Origin: Adineta vaga | Lineage: Eukaryota > Animalia > Rotifera | Direction: 5' to 3' | DNA length: 64,000 bases | NCBI GenBank assembly: GCA_021613535.1 | Contig: CP075494.1 | Coordinates: 5,518,001 to 5,582,000, forward strand | Shown here: positions 12,724 through 25,115 of the stretch, in pieces | Layout: the number at the start of each line of letters is the position of its first letter | Position numbering within the stretch: the first letter of the stretch is position 1 | Made by a program: the position numbers and the translations under genes | Notes under the pieces: model-generated | The model's input: the letters and a program-made list of their open reading frames with translations, nothing else | What the model was told of the DNA's origin: nothing | The model's database searches: none

Positions 12724-13722
12724 TTATTGAAAATGAAATGTTGCTGCAATCATCAAATGATCCGAAGGATGAGTTTCATCAGGGTACGATCTACCCGTAG
12801 GATGATCTGGTAATTTCAATACATTTACCACTTTCATTCGACCATGGAAAAATATGTAATCCATTGTTTCACAAAATACTGGAGATCCCGATGTATGAAC
12901 ATAGTTTGTGAAGGCAGGTTCTTTACCATTCATTTCTAGATATGCACTTTTCAAGACTTGCTTCGTATTTGGTCGATAAGAGATGTCATATGAATTCGAT
13001 TGTGGAAATCTACAATCGGTATAATCTTTTTGAGTTAACGCTGCATAACAGACACTTCGTGCTTTCATATTGAAATCACCTGTTAGAATAAAATCGCGTC
13101 CAGCTGCCAATTCAAACATGAGATCTTTCACGATGGATGAATGAATAATCATTACGTCAGGTATTTTATATAAACATGGCATATGATATGTTCCAATACA
13201 AAATGATTTATTTTTCATAGCTACTTGTAAACAAATGAGTATATTATCTCTTGATATGGCAGTGTCCCATGGGTCTATTGCCTCTCGTGAATCTTGACCA
13301 GCCTTGGATCCATAGAAAGATCTTATCCATGAGAATACATTCAAATGTGCTCCTCGACGTTTAACAATTGATCGTATATGATCTCCAATTCTAATCATGG
13401 ATATATCAGTGACTTTTAGTGATGCAGGAACTGCAATACCTACACCCATATGATCGTTATATGGTTGACCATAGAGACGATAATGTAAAGTATAATTGAA
13501 TAGATAAAGAAATTCTTGAAATTTCGATAGAAGAGTACGAGATAATTCTTGTAAACAGAGAATCGTATTTTCATGACTAGTGATCTCTTGTTCTAGTTGA
13601 GATCTAATTAGTTTCCATCGATAATCAGTTTTCAAGAATCGACGTTCACAACGATAATAATAATCTGGTTGATCAGCATAGATAGGTACTAAAACATTAT
13701 ACGATACAACACGAATAGACAT
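12724..13722 (-). CDS. CCR4-like EEP, tandem copy 2
   Basis: MSIRVVSYNVL, LCLQE, TYHMPC, ILTGDFN, MDYIF, HPSDHLMI; clearly paralogous to copy 1. Confidence 0.85.
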   Translation of the reverse strand: MSIRVVSYNVLVPIYADQPDYYYRCERRFLKTDYRWKLIRSQLEQEITSHENTILCLQELSRTLLSKFQEFLYLFNYTLHYRLYGQPYNDHMGVGIAVPASLKVTDISMIRIGDHIRSIVKRRGAHLNVFSWIRSFYGSKAGQDSREAIDPWDTAISRDNILICLQVAMKNKSFCIGTYHMPCLYKIPDVMIIHSSIVKDLMFELAAGRDFILTGDFNMKARSVCYAALTQKDYTDCRFPQSNSYDISYRPNTKQVLKSAYLEMNGKEPAFTNYVHTSGSPVFCETMDYIFFHGRMKVVNVLKLPDHPTGRSYPDETHPSDHLMIAATFHFQ

Positions 13723-14084
13723 CGTATGATGCTTCTATGAAAAATATTGTTTCAAAAAAAAAAGCAAAATAAAAATTACAAATGTGCGATGCAAAAGAGA
13801 AACTGATTATATATGTAAAAAGAGAACAACGTGTGCACAACACAACGTTGTCACAAAGTGAGTCATGAAATGTTGAGAAACAAAATTATAAAGCTGCAAT
13901 ACATATATGTGATGATTCAAATATAACGGCAAGGAAATGGTGATATGTCATCGATTTTGTATAAAAAATAAATAAGAAAAACAATATATATCATATTTTT
14001 CAACTTTATCAAGCATTAATAAATCTTAATTATTTATATGTGATCACATAAATGAGAGATCTTATGAAAAAATAAATCTGCCAT

Positions 14085-15089
14085 TTAATGACATGTTATT
14101 TTTTGTAAGAAATTTTGTATTCTATTGAATAATCCTTGACGAAATACTTTTCCACCACTTAATGTATAAATATAAAATGGCATTCCATTTGTCACATAAG
14201 TCAAAAGAATAAATAAATTAAAAATAAAGTTATTTTTTGCTATTTGTACTGATGATCTTATTTCATATCGTGTCGCATTCGCATACAAATTTTGAATGGC
14301 TTGTGGAAGAGAGAATAACGTCAATAATATCACTTGAACTAATAACATAAACAGAAGATGTTGATCCGTTTTCTTCACTCTCCATGAATGTTGTTCATTC
14401 AAAGTGACTACTTGAGTGTTCGCATTCATTGTTACAAGTTCAAGTCGACGACGAGTCATTTGTCGTGTGTTTACAATAGTCAAAAAACCAAATATAAACA
14501 TGAGAATCGATGGAAGAAGAACACCTATTGATGTGAATTCAGAATCGATCAATAATCGACACCACGTTGTTCGTCCATAACATTTCAATGGTGAATCAAC
14601 AAGATTTGCTTCATAACAATAGAAGATTTGAGCATAGAGAAGAAAGCAAAGAAGTATGATGATGATCATGCCTCGTTGAGCATTTCGTAGTGTACTTAAT
14701 CGACGATGATTAGCATGAAGAGATGATGATAACCATCGATCACATGTTGCCAATGTGATAAACCATGAAGCAATGGTTCGTGAAGTGAATAAGATAAAGA
14801 TACGAATTTTACAAAGAGAATTGCTAGTATCGGTGAGATCAGCTGACCAACCAGCGAGTAATCTTACGGCAACACCAGAAATGAGAGTAATGATACTAGC
14901 AATAGAAGAAGCAAGAAATAATGTTGCACATGGATTTGAGCGAAGTGTTCGTTGTGATAAAGCAAGACAATTGAGAAGATTACCGATAGTACCGAATATG
15001 AAGATGATAATTGATAAATAACGATTGAGATTAAATGAAAGGTCATTTATTGTAAGAATTAGAGTTGAATTTATTGGAACAGACGACAT
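14085..15089 (-). CDS. Rhodopsin-like 7TM GPCR
   Basis: GTIGNLLN (TM1), CKIR, LATCDRW (DRY-like), PFYIYTL..FR; intronless; start at MSSVPINS. Confidence 0.88.
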   Translation of the reverse strand: MSSVPINSTLILTINDLSFNLNRYLSIIIFIFGTIGNLLNCLALSQRTLRSNPCATLFLASSIASIITLISGVAVRLLAGWSADLTDTSNSLCKIRIFILFTSRTIASWFITLATCDRWLSSSLHANHRRLSTLRNAQRGMIIIILLCFLLYAQIFYCYEANLVDSPLKCYGRTTWCRLLIDSEFTSIGVLLPSILMFIFGFLTIVNTRQMTRRRLELVTMNANTQVVTLNEQHSWRVKKTDQHLLFMLLVQVILLTLFSLPQAIQNLYANATRYEIRSSVQIAKNNFIFNLFILLTYVTNGMPFYIYTLSGGKVFRQGLFNRIQNFLQKITCH

Positions 15090-15869
15090 TTTTTTATGAC
15101 TGACAGACAAATAAATCAATGCTACGATCGTTCTGAACTTTTTTGAGTACCCTTGAATATATTTTTGCTTTGACAAAGTTTAGTTTAATAAAATAACAAC
15201 AAGAAAAGCCTTCTTGATATACTTATGCATGACTTCAACTGCATCATCTAGTCATAAAATCATAGAAGCATGTTTAATTAATGATTTATATTTGGAAAAA
15301 AAAATACTTGAGACGCCATAGTCAAGTATTTGTTTGATACTATTAGTTTATATTTTCTCTGTTTCCGTCAAGAGGTATTATTGAACGAAGTTCATCAATA
15401 TTATATTGATGAGAAGTGAAGTTGTTCTAGAATAGATGTTTATATCGCAATTGTAATGATGAAACGCATATTTAAACAGATAATATATTGTATACACACC
15501 TTGCTTTGTCTCTTCTGATATCATGCAAATAAAGTCGGTTAAAATGTATACGTAAGGATAACAATACAAATATTTATAAGTTGCTTTATCCTTCAGTTAT
15601 GGCTGACAAATATGAAAGAGTATCTTAAAATATACAAATAATAAAGTGGAAGGATTTCATTTTTACGATCCATAAACAAAATTTACTCAGTTATTTATCG
15701 CTTTTTCAAAATGGACTTTTTACTTTTTTTCAAATCAAAATTCAGATGAGATAATACTGATAAAAAAGCAAATGTCATGAATGACATTAAGAAAAACAAA
15801 AGATAAGAAGATCTATTTAACATCATGCATTTCTCCAGCAATTCTCACATTTATCAATCTTTTCACAAC

Positions 15870-16574
15870 ATGCTTCGTTGTCTTGCATTGATACTCATTG
15901 TTCTTTCTGTGGTACATTGCCACAGTTCTCTTCGAAATGAATATATTCGTTCGAGAATACAGACATCAATGAAAAAATCTACCAAAGATTTAGTTCAAAC
16001 TCGTCATGCCTTACCAATCAAAGCTGGTGAAAATTCTCATGCCAAGGATGCTGAATTATTCTTTCCGCCATTACCCGGTCAATCGAATAATGATTTTCAT
16101 CCACAATTACGTCGTTTACCTACATCAAATGAAACACTCTATTACTATTCATGGCATATACATACATATTTCTTTCATGAAAACGTCAATGTTACCACAC
16201 GTGCTTTGGCTATACGTCAAGAATTTATGAACTATTTCAATATTGAAAAATGTTTAGGTAACTGTTTCATGGGAGGTATCTTTGATAATTGTACACGTAT
16301 GTGTGTATGGGATCCAGTCATGGGTGTTGATGGACCACATCCCTATGGACAATGGGGTGTTTATTTACCAAATGAATTATTAATGGATACACTTTCATGG
16401 ATGTCAGCAAATCATGGTGAATTTGAAGTTTTATTTCATCCAAATACAGGTGAAATGGTTGGAGATCATGATAGTGCACGACGAGCTATGTGGATTAAAC
16501 AAACTGTTCCATTGGATTTAGATTTCTTGAGATGGTTACAATGTAAATGGTTCGGATGCAGTGAAGGTTTTTAA
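15870..16574 (+). CDS. DOPA 4,5-dioxygenase-family protein (fungal/bacterial DodA type) with signal peptide
   Basis: YSWHIHTYF, GPHPYGQW, WMSANHGEFEVLFHPNTG, DH..RAMWI..VPLDLDFL; N-terminal MLRCLALILIVLSVVHC. Confidence 0.8.
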   Translation: MLRCLALILIVLSVVHCHSSLRNEYIRSRIQTSMKKSTKDLVQTRHALPIKAGENSHAKDAELFFPPLPGQSNNDFHPQLRRLPTSNETLYYYSWHIHTYFFHENVNVTTRALAIRQEFMNYFNIEKCLGNCFMGGIFDNCTRMCVWDPVMGVDGPHPYGQWGVYLPNELLMDTLSWMSANHGEFEVLFHPNTGEMVGDHDSARRAMWIKQTVPLDLDFLRWLQCKWFGCSEGF

Positions 16575-17472
16575 ACATTTCATATATTCAAACTTTGCTC
16601 TTAATAAAAACTTATTGTGTATAATACAATATCACTTTTTGAAAAGTTTTTGAAAGAGAAGCCTATATAATCATATGAATATACAATGTAAGATCTCATT
16701 GAAACGAAAGCAAACTCTTCAAGTATCATTCATGTCATTTTACTTAATACATGATCTAAAACAGCACTTATTGTGTCAGTAACCGTTGTAATATTCAATA
16801 GAAAGACTTTCTTTGAAAATTAGAAACTAGTATTACTATATTGCATATTTTATCATATGTAACACAACTCAAAACAAAAGTAACGGGCGAAAATGTGTTT
16901 CTTTTGTTTTTGTCTTTTGTTCGAATCAGCATCCTATTTACACAGTAGACATGTAAGTATTTGATTACGCGACGGCATGAGAGAAAAAACCCACTGAATC
17001 ACGTTATAAGTAAGTTGCAGTAGATAATTGCATACGACGATTTATTGCAGGTATATAACAAAAACACATCGAAACTGACAGTTTTACTGAAAGGATTTTA
17101 TTTTTATTGATCGGGTTATCCTAGTCAAGTATTGTTACTGCTCACATTTCAGTAGACAACAAAGAGAAAGGAACCGAATACACGATATTGTTTGACATAG
17201 GGATTCGATTTACGTGTTGGGTAAGTTTTCACTTGTCGAATAAGTGGAATAAATCATTATCATTATTCAATATTTTTCCGACAATATTCTTTCTGTCTGT
17301 CTGTCTATCATTGCTATATTCGATGATTCATGTAACGACAAACGCGCCATTAGGATTTATATTCTTATCTTGTACACATAGCATAGATGACACATGTGAT
17401 ATTTCCTTTTCTTTCTCCTTTTATATGCAAAGCGCACTGCTGTACAATCATTGTGTTGATTCTGTTTACAGG

Positions 17473-19597
17473 ATGAGTTCAACTTTCAAACCACGAAATG
17501 TGAAAGCAGCTGCTACCAAACGAATTATGAAGTATGTATAATTAAAAATAAAAGACCAAGAATCTGTTCACTATTGTTCAATTCTAGAGATTTGAGAGAT
17601 TTGGAAAAAGTTCCAATACCTGGTCTTGGTGTGATTTGTCCAGATGAATCTGATCCGTTTCTGTTACATTGTAATGTATGTCAATCTTTGAAATGATCTC
17701 TAAATCTTCTACAGATACTTTGTTTTCTTTTCATCAGGTATTAATTAATGATGGACCATATGAAGGTATTATGATTCATTTAATTCTTCATATTCCTGAA
17801 GATTATCCATTGACTGGTCCAGCTGGAAATATTGCGCCAGGTTTACAATTTGATTCTCGTTATCATGAACATATTCATGAAGATCACAGGTACGATCAAT
17901 TCTTTCCTCACAGTTATTTTGTATTATTGATATCTATTTGTTTAGAAATGGTCATTCTTTATGTAATGACTTATTAACCAATTTTGCCGGATATTTTCGA
18001 TCAATCGATGATGGTTCTCGAAAACAAGCGAGTGGTTGGAGGTATATAGAAACTTTCGCGTTGTAATTCATACATTTGAATCGATATTATTAGTCCTGGA
18101 TATACTCTCTCAACTGTTCTTCTTCAACTTGTGACATTTTTTGCTGAACCAGATTTACCTCACGATTCTATTCCATCACGTGAAAGTATCATTAAATTAC
18201 AGAATATAGTGAAAGCTTATAGATGTGAAGTATGTGGTCATTCATATGATCAACCAAATCCTGCTATTGTTGATTATATTTCCACTGCTGTGGAAACCAA
18301 TCCAGATGAAGAACATATGAAAAAGACAAAGAAAGAAGAAGAAAATTTGAAATTTCAACGAGAAATAACGGAAAAACTAACATGTGGTGTTACTAAACAA
18401 AATATATTCGACGATAAAATTTGTTTAGGTTATCCATTGTTAATCAAACGTGATCGATATGGTCGTTTATGGTCAGATATTGTTCTGGAATTAATATCAT
18501 ATGATGCTTATGTTTCCGAAATACAGAAATCTGGTGGAGATAAATTAGATTTCTATGAACATTCAAGATTTCGTTCTGTAACAGGCAAAGATTATAATCA
18601 TTGGTTACCAATCTATATCAGTTTGGAACATTTTCAACAAAGTCGAACTCTAATAGAAAATAGTCTTAGCATAATTCAAAATGGAACAGCTTTAGGTAGT
18701 CAAAAATATGATTTTCAACCGATCATGGCATTAAATGTTTTGACATCATTAATAAATAAATCAAGTGTACAATTATTCAATGGCGAAATGTTTCAATCTA
18801 AACATGCTATTGAAGCTTTTTGTCATTTTTTACGTTTATTAATGCATTTTATTGATCTCTATCCTGAATTGAGTAAGTTGATTTCATCAGAAAGTAAAAA
18901 CAATTTTTTCGAGACAATCAATTTTTATTTAGGTCAACGAATTGATACTCGAATTGAAAATTTTATAAAAAATCTATCCAATCGAAATAAAAAAGTTATA
19001 CCTGATATTGGTGAATTTTTAATTCAAGTTGCTCTATCAAAAAAGTATCAATTCGAACAAATCAAACAGTACATTTATGAAGAATATTTTGCTCGACAAA
19101 TCTATTGGATACAAAAAGATGGTCATATTCCGAATCTATACGAAATTCAAAGCAAAGATTTATTAACTATTTTTCAAGCTGCTAAAGTATCCAATCATTT
19201 ACTAGTCTTCAATTTAGAAATGGCACAAACATTTATTTTTTCTGGTGTTAAAAAGTTCGTCTAATTTTCATTCTATTACTAACGTAAGCTCTAATTTCAT
19301 TATTGTGTGTGTTTTTTTAGACATTTAGATCGATGCTATGGATATCCACCGAACAGTGTCGTCGAAAATTTTCAACAACGATTAAAAGCAATTAAAGCGT
19401 TATATAAATACAGTGAATTTGTTAAAGCTATCAAAATGGATGATAAAATTCAATCACCAGAAGATTTAATTGCGTTAATTCTACGTTCAGTTGAAATATC
19501 AAATAAACAAGGATATACAAATATATTAACAACAGCTGACTTAGCAAATCTAAAATTGAACGAACCAACACAAAATAATCAACAACGACGACGATAA
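17473..19597 (+). CDS. E2 ubiquitin-conjugating (UBC) domain fused to a long C-terminal domain, about 7 exons
   Basis: Spliced reading: AATKRIMKDLRDLE...NDGPYEG...IPEDYPLTGP...YHEHI...GHSLCNDLL...SGWSPGYTLSTVLLQL; about six short GT-AG introns. Confidence 0.8.
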
Positions 19598-20052
19598 TAT
19601 CAATATCCAAATAATCGACGATGATTGATTAGATTGGATTCGTCGCGAGATTTACTTCCATATTGTAGTATTTAGTGAAAATTATTGAAATAAAACGTGT
19701 TTTTCTCTGTAAATTGATAAGAATATTGATTCATTATATGATCAAACACATCTGTTCATAGTAATGCCTTTTCAAACTATATCGTATTGATTTATAACAA
19801 AGAAATATGATAACGATAAACAATTATGGTAAATGATTAGATAAAATATATAATGAAATCTGTTAATAAATTAATACACGTAAAAAACATCGACAAATGA
19901 ACGTCTTTGTTTCATAAAAGAAACTAGATTGTTACGAGTAAGATGGAATATCTTCCTTTCAATGTATAATTTAGATCCGAAATAAAATGCTTGGACTATC
20001 TGCAAATCCCAATTCAATATATATACCAACAGTTCAAAGTAAATCATCTTCA

Positions 20053-20853
20053 ATGAATCCATTGAATCGAACTTCTGCTTCTTTTTTCTTTCTAGCGGGA
20101 TGTATGAAAGCTGAATTTGATTCAACATATCCTGTACATTTACATGGTATCATTAGTCAAGAAGAATTTCAAGGATCAATTAATAAAATCAATCGTACAA
20201 TTTCATCAAATGTTTTAGTCTTTATTGTTGGAATTATTTTTGGTTTGTGTGTTCTTGGTGGCATGGTTTGTTTCATTACTGGTGGAATAAGTGGAGCGAA
20301 TGCTAGTGAATTTGGATTTCCTGTCTTATTTGGTGTTGGTATTGGTTTGACTTCTTTAGGATCATTAACATTTGGTATTGGATGTTGTATTATACAATCA
20401 CAACGTTCAGCACGTATGCGACAAGCTATTAGTGAAGAATCAATGAAATATTCATCAAGATCACCATCACCGTGTAGCTGGAGATTAAATATTTCAAGAG
20501 GATTAGTTGGGGCTGTTTATGGATACAACCATCATGCTCAAATGATCTATCACGTATATATAAATATCTTATCTCAATCATTGTGATGATCCTTCTTTTA
20601 GATTGTTATTGATATTGGTCGTGCTAATACAATTGAGAATGAAACTGCAATGTATTATTCAAATTCAATGGTTACGAATACACCGATGGTATTTCTTGGT
20701 CAACAAGCGAATTATACAGTGACAGTACCACAACCACCGCCTCCACCTTATACTAGCCCAATAGCAGAAACATGTCGACAATGCGGTGTTGTTCGTCAAG
20801 ATCCTACAGCAAATTTTTGTCCATCATGTGGGCAATTATTTAAAAAATATTGA
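20053..20853 (+). CDS. ERF4/GOLGA7-like membrane protein with C-terminal Pro-rich tract and zinc ribbon
   Basis: FDSTYPVHLHGIISQEEFQGSINKIN, two hydrophobic segments, intron 20554-20601, PPPPPY, CRQCG...FCPSCG. Confidence 0.6.
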
Positions 20854-21296
20854 GATAAGATTTGCTTGAAACGAATAATTAATAAATAAATCGATTCTTT
20901 CATTAATAATCAATTCATATCTAAGTAAAAGAAGAATCTTGAAGAGACTACTTAACTGGTATTCTTGTCAAAAGTATATAGAAGATGTGTTTTTTGTTCT
21001 GTTAAAGTTCACATTGTATCAAATATACGAAATAAATATGACGCAAAACTGATTCTATCGATGAATCGTACTGCGTAAATATCCTATTTTTAACTTAAAT
21101 TATGATAAAAAGAAAATTAATTATCGTATGTTGCTCAAAATAGTTTTTTATGTAAATCATTCTCATTCTGTACTTGTTAGACTACCGACGTAAATTATTT
21201 TCTGTCACTCGAAAGAACCATCACTAATGTTACTTTGATCAATTCAGTTGATAAATACTACGTCAATTTTTTTCCTCTTTAATTACCGATACATGT

Positions 21297-21314
21297 ATAT
21301 ATATATATATATAT
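21297..21314. repeat. (AT)n microsatellite
   Basis: tatatata run. Confidence 0.8.
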
Positions 21315-21424
21315 ACCCACGATATTAGATTCAATATCAAAATATAAACATAACTTATACAGGTATGTCAGACTCAACACAATTCAGTAGAAAACTGATT
21401 ATTTTTTTAGACTATTTTGTTACA

Positions 21425-21797
21425 ATGGGTGCCGAAACATCGAAGATAAGACGAATGAGTATTGTTCAACATATTCCGAAAAGGAATAAACGACATTCAT
21501 TCGTATTTAAATCACATGGTTAGTTTTCTTTGTTGTTATTTTTCTCGAAACAAAATGTTTGGATTTTTAGAAAAAAAAGACAAAGATAAAGATTTCGATA
21601 TGAGTGAAAGAGGTAAGCATAGAATATGTTAATATATCCACAAGTAATTGCTTCGTTTTTTTAGAATTACTGGAAATAAAAGACGTAAGACATTACCAAT
21701 GAAATCTTTTGATTGATTATGTTTGTTTGTCTGTATTTAGGCTGCACGTCGTGCATCAAATTCGTTTTTTTATCCTCCGTTTTGTATTGTTCGATAA
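21425..21797 (+). CDS. Four-exon 70-aa small protein (putatively myristoylated)
   Basis: Exons 21425-21518, 21571-21612, 21665-21684 and 21741-21797 join through GT-AG introns into MGAETSKIRRMSIVQHIPKRNKRHSFVFKSHEKKDKDKDFDMSERELLEIKDAARRASNSFFYPPFCIVR*; AATAAA near 21817. Confidence 0.7.
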
Positions 21798-22721
21798 TTT
21801 GTTGTATTATAAAATGAATAAATTGTCTTTTTTTATGTGTAAATGAAATCTAATTAACTCGTTTGCATATTATCACTTTAGGTGATATAAAAAGAGAAGA
21901 ATATCTTTCTCGTAAACTAGACTATTTTGTACTACTTTTCGTACCAGTTGAATCATTTTTAAAATAAAAAATTCACATATCTATAATGACATTGTTCTGT
22001 TTATATATAAACATTGTCAAAAAGACTTCTAATTGAAAATGATTGATAAAGTACGTAATATAAACTATGGTATACTTGCTTGTCAATAGATCATTTCAAA
22101 TTAGATTCCGTTACAACACGTCTGGAAACGATGTTAATTATACTTGCATTTTCTTCAAACTGTGTTTTTCTTGAGATTCATGAAAATATGTCGTTAAACA
22201 GTTTGACATGTTACATTTCGTCTATTTGAAAGTCAAATCGATTATTCGTTTTAATCGATTGGTTAAATTTGTGTTCTTAGTAAAATACAACATCGATATG
22301 TCCGTGAAATATTGTTTGTTGGTTTTTTTTTCGTAAATTATCAAGACTATATTTTGACGTCGAAATTGAATAGAGAAGAAGAAGTACTTTAATTTAATTG
22401 GACGAGAGAAATTTGTAACAATGAAAGAAAGAACGCGAAAAGGCAAAAAGAAGAAAAAGAAAGAAACATGGTCGTGATGAGTAAACTTAACGAAGAGAAA
22501 GAAAAAAGAAAGAAAGAAGAAAAAGCACATTTAGTCAAGAGTGTATGCAGACCGACGAATGAGAAAAATAATCATGTCTTGTTTTCTTTCCAACAAAACA
22601 ATACATCTATTTTAGTCTATCAGATTTTCATGAAGTAAGTTTATCTAAAATAATTTTAACATATCTGAAAAAGTATATCGATTTTTTTAGAATTTTTTTT
22701 CTTTTCTTTTTTTTTGTATAA

Positions 22722-23968
22722 ATGACACTTGAACAACTGCTATTAGAAACACATAATGCATTTGTTAAAAGTTCGATGATGATTGCAAAGGAATTTCAAA
22801 CATGTCGAGTATGTGGTGATAAAGCTCATATTAAATTTTACGGTGCACTTTCATGTCAATCATGTAAAACATTTTTTCGTCGATATAATCTTCATTCCCA
22901 AGTTTGTGAAATTTACATTCAATTTAATATATTTATACATTGGATAAAATATTTAGATTATTCGATCATGTCAGTATAATGGTCAATGTGAAGTAAACAT
23001 GTTATCAAGACATGTTTGTGCATCATGTCGTCTGTCGAAATGTTTTACTGTAGGAATGAAAGCAGATCATATTCGTAAAGATCGAAACAAATTTACTAAA
23101 GTATGAGATAATCATTTGAAGATATTTTCTTAGATAGAAATTCATTTAGATTATTCCTCAAATCTCAACATTGGATCTTTTATCAACAGATCGATCATCA
23201 TTAACATCTAATCAATGGACATTAATTTCAAATGTTGTACACGCTTATGAAACATTTGGTTTAATTTCGACTTTAAAAGATATTGTTCAAAATGTATCTT
23301 TACCTGTGAAACAAATTCAATTTACTGAAGTTAACGCATTGAAAATGATTGGTACAATGTATACATCAATTCAATCATTGATTAATGTTACACCTGAATT
23401 TCAAGTTCTTTGTGTAAATGAACAAAAATCTCTCTTTCAACGTAATTTACATGGAATTGGAAGTTTCTATTGTAATCTTCTCTTTCGTGATAGTGCTCTT
23501 TTTGATAATACAATATGTTATCGAAGTTATGAATTAGCCTATGGATCAGAAATCATGTACCAATCCAAGCAACTTGTGAAACGTCTAGATCTTGATTCTA
23601 CACTTTTTAAATTGATGCTCATTATAATTACATTTTCTTCGAATTGTTTTCTTGTTGATTTCGATGAAAGCATTCCTCAAGATAGTTTTCTGTATGGAAC
23701 ATTTCGTTTATATGGAAGTCAAAATATCTATGTGGAAGTTCTTTGGCAATACATGATTTATCGATATGGATATGATGACACTGTGATACGATTTAATAGA
23801 ATTGTGAAACATATACTTGATATGATTAAACATGTTGCCGATGTTTATTTAAGCCATAAAACTCATCAAGATTTTGTTGATGAAGTCGTTGAAGAAACAA
23901 AAGAAACCTTAGTCATTACTCAAAATCAACCAGTTGCATTATGGGGAAAAGCATTTCAATCACGTTAG
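22722..23968 (+). CDS. Nuclear hormone receptor, 3 exons
   Basis: CRVCGD...CQSCKTFFRR, CQYNGQC...CASCRLSKCF, LBD (PEFQVLCVNEQKSL); introns ~22902-22956 and 23101-23149. Confidence 0.9.
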
Positions 23969-24229
23969 GCCATACTTGCAAATAGTTCATTTCTTATTTG
24001 AAGATAGATTTATTTTCTTTACTTTTTAATGTACATTGAATTTATAAACAGAATAAATTAAATGACATATTCTGAAAGTATTTTAAATCGAAATAAAATG
24101 ACTTTTGTTCTTTTGAAATATATTCAAATAAAAAAATACCATGATGATCATCGTTCTTAAGAACTTATTTTACTACAAAAAAAAAGAACGCGTTGACAGC
24201 GACCGTGCATCTATTCAATAGACGGAATA

Positions 24230-24884
24230 TCAAATATCAACTTTAGATCTTTTACCAAATGATCGATCGTTATTGAGTACTTCTCCATCGATCTTATTTT
24301 CGAATATAATTCATGCGTGTGATACATTTAGTGTTATAGAAGAATTTAGTTATATTATTAAACACATATCTTCATCATCATATCAAATTACTTTCAATGC
24401 TACTGATGCTGTATCAACAATTGGTACAATCTTTGAATTTATGCAATCATTCATTAGTTCGACATCCGATTTCCAAGTGAATTAGCATGCAAGAATAACA
24501 ATCCCTACTAAAACGTAATTTATATGGTATCGGAAATGTTAATGCTTTCTATAATCAAATATGTTCTCAAAGTTATCTTGAAACTTATGGATCAATCATA
24601 TTCTTTTACAGCACGACTTGATCTTGATTCTACGCTGTTCGAATTAGTATCTATTGGCATTGCTTTCTCATCCAATTGTTGTATTGCATCGATATGGATA
24701 TTATCAATCTATATGTTATTTTGCTGGACTTGTTAAAAACATTCTTGATATGATTAATGATGCTGCAGCTACTTAGTTAAATAATGAAATACATCAAAAT
24801 TACGTGAATGATGTGGAAAGGAAAATGACAGAGACACTTATTATAAGTCAAAATCAACCGATTGCACTATCGGGTAAACAATAA
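24230..24884 (+). pseudogene. Degenerate tandem copy of the LBD exon of the preceding nuclear receptor
   Basis: DLLPNDRSLL, NIIHACDTF, SDFQV, RLDLDSTLFEL, AFSSNC, KHILDMI and SQNQPIAL parallel 23171-23968, with stops, frameshifts and deletions. Confidence 0.85.
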
Positions 24885-25115
24885 CGAGCTGATCACTCTA
24901 TTATTAAATTAATAAAAGAAAATTTTAGAAGAAAACGAAAGGAAAATGTTCACAAAATTTCATGAGTTAATTGATAGAAATGTGTATAAAACCATTGTAT
25001 TTTTTACTTATTCATATAATCTTTTATAGCTGATCATTGACAGGTATGTAAATATATTCAATTTTATTTTGTTATTTCAAAATAGAGTTTATAATTTTCG
25101 AAAAAGTGGGACATT

